This document shows, in pieces, positions 53,967 to 64,000 of a DNA stretch of 64,000 nucleotides. The stretch is from Octopus vulgaris (lineage: Eukaryota), in NCBI GenBank assembly GCA_951406725.2, contig OX597817.1:7564001-7628000 (forward strand), written 5' to 3'. Made by a program: the position numbers and the translations under genes. Positions within the stretch are counted from its first letter, which is position 1; each line of letters opens with the position of its first letter. Under the pieces are notes generated by a model. That model worked only from the letters and a program-made list of their open reading frames with translations. It was not told the origin of the DNA and ran no database searches.

Positions 53967-54719
53967 ACCGAACTAAAAAAATAAACGCAAATACTAAGCG
54001 AACAAAGATGAACCATCCCACTTCCATTGCGCGCGTACACGCACACAAACAAACACACACACATTCACATACCTCACTTTTACATACACATAGTTGAAAT
54101 GATGTTTGATTTAATTTTCAGCGTACAATTTGCATCATCACACCAAGTATGACATCACCCCTTTCTTCCTTCTTCATTTATCATCCCTTCCTTTCTCATT
54201 CATAAACAAGAGTATATTAATTGTAGATTATCTCGGTAACCATGAGAGCTATGAAAAAAATACAAATAACATTAGCCCTTCCTTCCACCCTTATTCATCT
54301 ATCACCTCTTCCTTTCTCATTCGTAAGCAGTTACATGACTGAAGCAAGTAAAACGATAAAAAGCTATGCCATTTTTATCCCGAGCAACTCCGGGTATCTC
54401 TGCTTGTACGGACGTATAATGCAGATAATATTACGTCTCATTTTGTACTATAATAGTTACATACGACTAGTGCTCATGTGAACTTGCTGCTAAAGTTCAA
54501 CTTAAACTGCAGCTTAGAAAGAAAGGTGAGATTTTATACCTGCCAAATGAAGATTAGCTATAGACAGTATTTCAATCAAACCACCGGTGGGTGTATATAT
54601 ATATATTTATGTATGTATGTACGTATGTATGTATGTATGTATGTATGTATGTACGTATGCATGTATGCATGCATGTATGTATATGTATATATGTATGTAT
54701 GTATATGTATATATGTATG

Positions 54720-54807
<88 letters not shown>

Positions 54808-55227
54808 AGAATAAATATACAAACAGTGCCAAGCGACTAATATCAGATCAGATTATGGCAGTTATATATTGAAACATTGACAAAATATGAGGGAATATTT
54901 AAACGTTACCTTGATTGGCCCTTCGCCACATAATGCACCCATGGCTAGTTTACCTACTTAATGATTCTAATTACTCGCCTCATATGCTCCTGCTATTGTA
55001 TACATGGTTTTGACACTATCTCAGCATCATCCTTTGTTGCCCATACTATATTGGCCATTTCTTTCCACATACTTTGCTTTAATTCTAGAACTTTATACGT
55101 ATAACCTACGTCATATTGAGATTTTATCTATTGTCTTGTTATTATGACATAATATTCTCTGGTTTTCTTCCTTTACGCTCACTTCTGTATATCTACTACT
55201 ACTAGTATCTTATCTTCCTTTTTAATC

Positions 55228-55438
55228 TTTTTACTTCTTCCAGTCATTAGACTACGGTCATGCTGGGGCATGACTTTGAAGAATTTTCAGTCGATTGAAT
55301 CTTCCACAGTACTTATTTTTGTTAAGCTTGGTACTTATGTTATCGGTCATTTTTGCCGAAATGCTGGATTACTGGGACGTAAACACGCCGACATCAGTTG
55401 TGAAGTGGTACTGGGGGAATTTCCCAGATTCAAACATA

Positions 55439-55484
<46 letters not shown>

Positions 55485-55630
55485 CGGGCTTCTTCAGTGT
55501 CCGTCTACCAAATTCACACACAAGGCTCGGCGCTATAGTAGAAGACACTTGCTAAAGGTTCGATGCAGTGGGACTGAGCCCTGGACCATGTGGTTGGGAA
55601 GCAAGCTTCTTACTACTAAGCCACGCCTTC
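55228..55630 (-). mobile_element. SINE family C-related copy with internal (TA)n
   Basis: cagtcattagactacggtcatgctgggg..gacgggcttcttcag..atgtggttgggaagcaagcttcttac. Confidence 0.8.
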
Positions 55631-56555
55631 ACCTAAATATCTGCATTTCCCACGAAGGTCCCATCTCACCATTTTATAAATGATGGAATAGATTTTCACT
55701 AGGATGTTGGCTGCCAACTGCTTAAATGTAAACGTACCATTTCTGCATCTATACTTGAAACAGCTGTAAAGATATAGCTGCACATCATCTCCCTCCTTCT
55801 CGTTCGTCCTGCTTTGAAGTCTACATACAATGACCGCTTTATCTATTACTTCATGTCAAGAATTTGAACTTACTCTATAACAATTCAAGGCGAATAGCAA
55901 CATGCATCGCAACCAGTGTGACCATTCCTCAACTAATATTTTATTGACCTCTCGTAATCTATATTCCTGTAACATACGATTCTACTCCCATGCTTCGCCA
56001 AAGTTTAAATAATCTGTCCTGGAACCAGTTGTTTGCCTATTTATATTTTTATTTATACATTTATTTTAGTATATTCATACATGCATATATAGATAGATGA
56101 TAGATAGATGGATAGATACATACATACATACCTACATACATGTATGCTTTTAGATATATATAAATGCACATACACACATATATACATATATATATATATC
56201 GACTTTGTACTTGTTTGGCAAGTTACGTAATCTGCAATTACTTTTCTTCCATTTCCGTTAACATTATCCAGAAATAAAACAATAGTGAATACAACACCAT
56301 ATGTGTAACATGATTCTTCCGTGATATCACTGTGTGCGTGCGCATATATGTACATGTGTGCATATGCATGCATATACATATGTGTATATATGTATACACA
56401 CACATATATGTATTTGTATATGTAAGTTTAATATATGCATATATATATATATATATATATATATGCATGCGTACACATATGTACACGTTGTGATGTAGTC
56501 AATTAAAAAAATATACATATTGCATTACATTGTGTGCCTCCTCTCTCCTCCCCCA

Positions 56556-56597
<42 letters not shown>

Positions 56598-58619
56598 TTG
56601 CTCATGGGTGTCCCTGGGTGTGTTTGGGTTTTGGTATGTAATTGTATAGCTTTAAATGGGGGTTATGAATATACAACCTCGGCCATACAATGAAATAACG
56701 CGTAGCATTTGAAAGCTGGAAATCGAAAACAGATGAATGTAAAAGCTTATATTTTGACGGATTAGCTCGATAACTGTCCTACAAACTGAGATAATGAAAT
56801 GGGAACATAAATACTCGTTTTACGTATTTATTGAATATTGAGATGTTTAAAGTCATATTAATGGTAAGCAGTAGACTTATGATTAAAGTGATATGATGAG
56901 ATATTTCTGAAAAATAAATGAGCAAGATTAATGGCAATAGATAAATTACTGCGTATCCGTTTTTCTGTATTTACCAACGGACCACCAGAAATATAAATTT
57001 CTTCTTGTTAGGTGGTGTAAAAATTGCACACGTTCTTACAGTATTTTGAAAGGACAAAAATACACACAGAAAATATATAAAGTTTCGAATGATAACATTA
57101 ATAAAGGTACGGTTTACGTAAACGCATAGAAAATGCAAAGATATATGTTGGTGTTTTAACAACTCATTCGAGTAATTTATAAAATAACATTGTAAATATT
57201 GTTTTAAATAAAAATTCATTGATTCCTCTACATAGTGTAAAAACAATATCAATTTGCGATTTAGGATGAGAACAAAATCGAGTATGACTTTAAAACTATA
57301 AATTTTCTCATCATACGAAATGTTTAACTTCGTAGAATGTTGAATATTGCTTAGCTTAGCTTACTTCATATTATGCTTTACTGACGGCTCCAAAGAAGTA
57401 TTAAATACCGCTATCCATGGCTACCAATGATTAGAAACTTTAAGAACATATTTTGCAGAAAGAAAAACAACTAAATGTTCATACTCTATACACCTTTTTT
57501 TTACCTTTTTGATATATTTCCAAGCTTTTATAGCTGCCTCAAATTAACTTAAGCTACAAGTGGTTTTCACCACGTTTAGAAACTAAATTAAAATATTTTT
57601 GGCAATCATTGCGGCGAAGTGTTTCCCATTCGGTATAACATGTTATTTACAACAGCTGAAAATGTGAATTTGAGTTGATAAGCCTCCACTTTAGTTATGT
57701 ACTGAGTTCAATAATATTCTGCTTGAAAGAGGAGCAATAGATCACTACATCCTGTTTAAGCGAGAGCTAGAACTTATTAGAATGTCTTTTGTTTGTGTTT
57801 TGCATTTTACAGGCAAAATGACTTAAAGACCAGGGTGTTTTCTTGGTACAAATAACAACAATAGTGAACAACTAAAATGCCTCTTGTTTCATGAAAAATT
57901 GCCAAGTTTTTTCTGTGAACTTTATATCTCTTTAAGATCAACATTGTATTATGTTTAAAAAAAAACGCTATATACGAAATAAGAAATTATTAAGCAATAG
58001 TTTAATCTAATATGTTAGTCTAGAGAATTATTCTGCAAAAGCTCCATTTTCTCTTTTCTCTTACTTCAACCACAGTTACGTAACTTTGTTCTACGTGACA
58101 AGTATTCGTTTTTCTTTAAGTACATACCGAACATCGAAATCGTTGGATCTTGGTTTTCGTGAATTATCGAATAAACATTTAATTTCTGCAGAAATTGATG
58201 CTTTTTCATTTGAAGTGATAGTGCAGGGTGATTTGGTTTCATATTCTCGAGATAAATAAATCTTTCCCTTTATAGACATCAGAAGCAGTAACAACGTAAA
58301 TAATTGTGCTATTGAGCCTCTTTACAACATATCTTATTCCTATTGCAACGGCCATTAACTGCATCTAAATTTCTAAGTCTAATGGGCGCAAAATCGTTGA
58401 GAAGCAGCCTTTCTCGCGCCATGCCACTCAAACAAATTGGTTTAAATTTCCAATACACCGAGGAGTAAGCCAACGTTTAAATATTCTTTGAATTGATCTG
58501 GAAAGCATTCTATCATAATGTCATTAATTGGACAAAGATTTGCACACTTGCAAATCCATTCCATAGATTTAAAAGTTTACAGGAGATCTGCAAAAATATA
58601 GCGCAAAGCTTTTAAGAAT

Positions 58620-58836
58620 TACTGTTTTACTGTTTACTGTTTTACTTGTTTCAGTCAGTTGACTGCGGCCATGCTGGAGCACCGCCTTCAGTCGAGCAAC
58701 TCGACCCCGGGACTTATTCTTTGTAAGCCCAGTACTTATTCTATCGGTCTCTTTTGCCGAACCGCTAAGTGACGGGGACGCAAACACACCAGCATCGGTT
58801 GTCAAGCAATGCTAGGGAACAGACACAGACACGCAA

Positions 58837-58873
<37 letters not shown>

Positions 58874-59045
58874 CATATATACGACAGGCTTCTTTCAGTT
58901 TCCGTCTACCAAATCCACTCACAAGGCATTGGTCGGCCCGGGGCTATAGCAGAAGACACTTGCCCAAGGTGCCATGCAGTGGGACTGAACCCGGAATCAT
59001 GTGGTTGGTTAGCAAGCTACTTACCACACAGCCACTCCTGCACCT
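58620..59045 (-). mobile_element. Full-length SINE family C
   Basis: ttacttgtttcagtcagttgactgcggccatgctggagcaccgcc..ccacacagccactcctgcacct; short (ttactgtt) tail repeats. Confidence 0.9.
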
Positions 59046-60867
59046 ATTTCAGGTTTCTTTTTAGTTCAGGTTTCTTTGGTTTTATTTATGATTTATGATC
59101 GATTTAGCTAACATGGCTCCCTTCCTTCTAAGTGGAAGATCAGAGAAACTTTTCTACTGTCGCTTTCTCCAATCTACATTTCTGGTGAGTTATTTGATTT
59201 TTAAATTCTTCCCAAAATAGAGAGATCTTGAAATATTTATTAAATATTTCTGCACAAACTTCAGGTTGTACAGAAGAGAAAATTTTACACCTGTCACGAG
59301 ACGGTGCCATTGTAGTACCACCGCCACGTTTTTCCATTTCATTAATATTATGGAATATGCAGTCCATTGTCTTAAACTCTTTCCGACTGGCATCAATTAC
59401 CTGATCTATGACCACCAGGCTTACTCGGCTAATTAATTGCTAATTGTACTCCTTGGTGAAATATTGCAATTAGAGTTCTCATGTTTCAACGCATTTTGAA
59501 GCGAGGACATACAGTTTGATTATTAGGTAGAAATGTTGCAACGATTCCTAATATTGCTGTTGTAGAGCGATAACGTTTTCTTAACAGACTTTGGCAATTA
59601 TTTTTGAAAAGAGGAAGCTCTTGCCACTTCCTGTCGAACCAGATAAGATTATCTGTATGCTTCTATGATTGATGTGACACATAAATGATTTCCTACTTTG
59701 TTCACAGAACAGAAATGAAGGATTTCATCATAGGTTTCAGCTTTGTTGAATAGTGTTCTGTCCCTGCTGCTAAACTGTCCTCTTCGTGATCTCCAGTTAT
59801 ATTAACAGAAGAATCAGAGAAGATTAAAATCTTTTTCAATATCAATACCATTATATTCCATATGTCCTGCCATTATCCAAAGCACTTCATTAACAATCCT
59901 GCATGTTAGCTCTTCTAATTCCTTACGATGCATCTTCCTTCACTTGAAGTACATGTGTGACAATTTTAGAGAGCAATGGGATCGGATGGTAACATACGTG
60001 TGAATGCATGTTCATGTGTATGTGTATGCGTGCGTGCTTGTGTATGTGTGCGCGAGTGCATGTGTGTGTCTATGTATTACGTATGTATGAAAGTATGTAT
60101 GTATTATGTATGTACGTATGTATGCATGTATGCTGTCACAAATACTTTCCCAAAACATACATTGAATGTTTCTTGAAGCAGATTATCCCGATCTTTTGTG
60201 AGCCTTTTCATCAGCTGTTAATGCAATCCAACCAACGAGTCTTTAATAGGCAAAACTCTTATAGAATAATAGCATTCTCAAACAGTATGGATCTCCGTAA
60301 TAGAAGTACAGTTTGATAAGAGAACCATGCCAATTGTGTCACTAAGACAGTCATTTTCCATCACACTTCCAAATCTGTTCCTCTTAAATGCCTCGCGTCT
60401 TCTATCTTGTCCTCTGCGTAATTATTTGAATAAACCATATTATTCACCTATGGAGCAGCACATATAATTCCAAAGAATGCAGTCAACTTAGTCACAGGTT
60501 CTTTCCAGCTTGCCACAGCATATCATTCCCTCCATTCTGTTCAAATATAACAATCTATTCATTTATAACTTCTGCACTAGAGGGTATCGCTTTTTCGTGA
60601 CAATTTCATAGGAACCCAATAAGCACTGCTATGTCGTGTTTTAGCAGAAATAATATGGTGCATGTGATAACTACATCTAAGGCCTGCTTTCGACCTGGTA
60701 TTTGAACAATTAGATGGTTTGATCATTTGGTAGTGTTTTTGTAAAAATATTTCATTGCCTTCTGCCTAAACATTATCTACACATTGATGTCTGCTTCATA
60801 TTTTGTACATATTGTACGAGAAAACTATTTTCTTTTAACTCACCTCTTCGTGTTAGAAATAAATAAA

Positions 60868-61017
60868 TAATAAATGCGCCCTTTTTAAAGCCTAGCCAGG
60901 CTCATGGGCCCGGTTTCCCGGTTTCTATGGCGCATGTGTTCCCCAGCTGGACGGGACGCCTGTCTGTCGCAGCGTTACTCATTTTTGCAAGCTGAGTGGT
61001 CTGGAGCAACGTGAAAT
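60868..61017 (-). mobile_element. SINE-like repeat family D, 3' part
   Basis: aaatgcgccctttttaaagcctagccaggctcatgggcccgg..gctgagtgg.ctggagcaacgtgaaat; second copy at 62088-62280. Confidence 0.8.
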
Positions 61018-61045
61018 ACATATACAGACAGACAGATAGACAGAC

Positions 61046-61109
<64 letters not shown>

Positions 61110-61431
61110 CTGCTGGGTTCTGTGTATACGTATGCTTAAATATAAATACATACACATAAACATATATACACATCACCAGCAAATGTAGGCACAAATCGTC
61201 GCATTCAAATGCGTATTCCTAAGGAAATCATCTTAATATGGCATTTATTTTTCAATGAGAGCCCGAGCAAAAACTGCATCTCTGTAACCCGTAAATTGAA
61301 GAATATATTCCGGATACTGCTTTAATATATTCCCAAAATGCTTTTCAATGCAATTTTACGATACAAAATAAAGGTGTGTGTGTGCATATAAGTGTATGTG
61401 TGTGTGTATTTATGCATGTATGTATGATGTA

Positions 61432-61467
<36 letters not shown>

Positions 61468-62087
61468 TGTATGTATGTATATACATACATACATACATAT
61501 ATATGTGTACACGCTGCACATATATGTGTATGTGTGTATTCACGTACATATTTGTGCGAAGCAGACGAGTGATACTTCACCGTGTGGGACTTGTAAATTT
61601 CTTCGCTTCATTTTTTTACCTATAACATTCAGTTCCTGTATGTATGTATATATATATACATATCTGTGTGTTTACGTGCGTCTGTGTGTGCGTGTGTTTG
61701 TATGTATGCATACATACACACATACACACACACACACACACATAAGTATGATTGCATGCCTATAGCTGTGGTTCTAGATTTTAGAATACTACAATATGAC
61801 GTTCTTGGTAAACATGAAATTTTACTTTAAGTGTGCAAAACAAGCGAACTAATTATACTATTAGCTTTTTAGACTCTCCGCGAGGACAAATATGCACTGA
61901 CATGACTATCGCATGCACTGTTTTGCAAAACGAAAAAAAAAAAAAAAAATAGACAGAACAGTTTTGTGATGTGTTGAAATATATACAGTATATGCAGCTA
62001 GAGCGATTAATTGCTTCGTGAACTGAAGATAGATCTTCTTTACCTGACGTTGGTCCATCTTCTTTCTGCCCACAAAAGAACATAGTA

Positions 62088-62280
62088 AAATAAATGCGGC
62101 CTTTTAAAGCCTAGCCAGGTTCATGGGCCCCGTTTCCGGGTTTCAATGGTGTATGTGTTCCCCAGCTGAACGGGACGCCAGTCCATCGCAGCGTAACTCA
62201 TTTCTGTCAGCTGAGTGGAGTGAAGCAACGTGAAATGAAGTGTTTTGCTTAAGAACAAAACGCGTCACCCGGTTCAGGAG
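62088..62280 (-). mobile_element. SINE-like repeat family D; central domain shared with family E
   Basis: Homologous to 60868; gcaacgtgaaatgaagtgttttgcttaagaaca resembles the family E central domain. Confidence 0.8.
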
Positions 62281-62432
62281 TCATCTGTCTTCGTCTTTTT
62301 TCTTTTTCTTTTTTGTAAATTCTCACTATATATATATATATATTTATATATATATACGACGGGCTTCTTTCAGTTTCTTTCTACCAAATCCACTCACCCG
62401 AGGCTATAGATACACACGCACACACACATACT

Positions 62433-62471
<39 letters not shown>

Positions 62472-62473
<2 letters not shown>

Positions 62474-62820
62474 GAAATATTAAAATTACTAAGTCTCTCT
62501 AAAAGAGAACAGCGGCAGCGTTCCCGGAAAATAATAGTTATCGCCATACTAATATGGCATTCTTATAAAACCATCGAACAGAGATTGTCGGAAGCGACAC
62601 CTACTGGCTGGCTACGCTGCATTGAAAAGGGGCAATACCCCGAAACGTGTCTGTAGCTGCCGGTCAAGTAGTGTGGAGCGACTGACCTCCCTTGTTCGAA
62701 GGTTATATGGAAACAGTTTGTGTATCAAATAGCTAACTTAAGGCGATGGCCTCATGGAGCTAATAAGCGGACAGCTTTATTCTTATTTTTATAAGAATGC
62801 CATATTAGTATGGCGATAAC

Positions 62821-62826
<6 letters not shown>
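62472..62826. mobile_element. Fold-back insert in (TA)n: about 60 nt tail, perfect 40 bp inverted arms, hammerhead on +
   Basis: ataatagttatcgccatactaatatggcattcttataaaa (62531-62570) / exact reverse complement (62787-62826). Confidence 0.85.
62616..62657 (+). ncRNA. Type I hammerhead, compensated U3:A8 core, GUC cleavage triplet
   Basis: gctgca TTGAAAA gggg caata cccc GAAA cgtg T C tgtagc. Confidence 0.7.
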
Positions 62827-62875
<49 letters not shown>

Positions 62876-62880
62876 TATAT

Positions 62881-62915
<35 letters not shown>

Positions 62916-63188
62916 TAGTCAAAAAAATAAACGAAGCACAAAGCCTTGGTAAAAGTATGTATTAGGTTGACGCTCAGGAAAATTGGAAGAGGCCGAACGT
63001 TTCTGTCTCGCTCTTCTACAGAAAAGATAGATAAAGTTAGGCGGAAAATAAGAGTTAAATATTCAAAGAAAACGAAGAAGTTGGCTTGATGTATGGGTGG
63101 CGAAGGAACAACAGTGACCTGTCTTCTGTACGTGCGTTTACGCCCACTAGCACACAGACACACACACAGATACACACACACACACATA

Positions 63189-63219
<31 letters not shown>

Positions 63220-63594
63220 TGACACACACACTCACACATATGTCAGGTCACCGTTTTATTTTTTTAACGTAGGAGGCAAGTATTTTTATTTTATATTTAT
63301 ATATATATATGAAAGTAGAAATACGAAAATATGTTTTCACATAGCAAATGTTCCCATATAAAAATTTTTTGTAGATGTATTAATGCATAAGTGAGTTTTA
63401 CATTCGCAACATAAAAAAAAGAGAAAGAGAAAGAAAAATTGAAGAGTTCTCGTATAAAAAGGAGTTTTACCGAAGGAATTCCATTGCATGTTGTAGACCA
63501 AAAGGTGTACTGAAGTAGAAGATAAATCATATTATGCTTACAGGGACCGGTTTTGATGTTGTTCTGCAAAAACTATATTACGTTTAATGAAAAC

Positions 63595-63884
63595 CAGTGC
63601 TTCCTAAACTTTTTTCTGGCTACCACCCTCTTGGCACCCAACCTACATTTCTAGTGACTCCCCTCCCACCCATCACTACAAACATAGACCACTTTCTGAA
63701 GCAAATTCAAAACAACCGTATATCCCAAGTACAACTTATCCTATTTTTTATGGTTTTCACATCCATAGACCCTTTTGGCTACCCCATTATCGCCCCTCTT
63801 TTCTTTAACGCCATACTCCTCCCGCCCCCTGGATCTTTCCACTGCTCCCAAGGAGTGCAGTACCGCTCACTTTGGGAACCACTG
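63595..63884. mobile_element. hAT-type MITE (about 290 bp)
   Basis: Termini cagtgcttcctaaa.. / ..tttgggaaccactg; 8 bp flanks only partly match (atgaaaac / acttaaac). Confidence 0.55.
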
Positions 63885-64000
63885 ACTTAAACTAGCGCCT
63901 TTATAAAATCAGCTGTACATGCTGGTTACAAGTCTAAGCACCCTCACACCTTCTTGAACTATCCATGAGCATATTGGCTATAAGTTCTCTGCATTAATGA

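Noticed and set aside
57790-57850. Strong-looking splice acceptor ttttgcattttacag|G
   Set aside because: No recognisable coding frame or convincing donor follows; cannot be supported without transcript data.

Overview
AT-rich, microsatellite-dense animal genomic DNA. The SINE set matches my recollection of Octopus/cephalopod repeats, but that is an inference and not a database hit. I find no supportable intact protein-coding exon; almost all listed ORFs are translations of (TA)n/(TG)n/(GATA)n tracts. The window holds about 25 copies of at least five SINE families, decayed LINE reverse-transcriptase remnants (CR1/L2-like at 2.4-3.1 kb, RTE-like at 47.6-48.7 kb), a dead mariner transposase, and Helitron-, hAT- and piggyBac-type non-autonomous elements. 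The main unexplained signal is a recurrent class of 150-600 bp inserts inside or against (TA)n/(TG)n tracts. Many fold back as arm / inverted arm plus a 45-110 nt tail on one side only, and most carry minimal type I hammerhead ribozyme folds (stem I - CUGANGA - stem II - GAAA - very short stem III - UH). About 10 such motifs from roughly 8 dissimilar families are readable by eye. They include a canonical-core pair facing outward in a near-perfect palindrome (28963-29100), a CCGACGA (U4C) variant (10931-10968), and a two-copy family with a compensated U3:A8 core (53916-53958, 62616-62657). The best interpretation is microsatellite-targeted Penelope-like or retrozyme-like termini.
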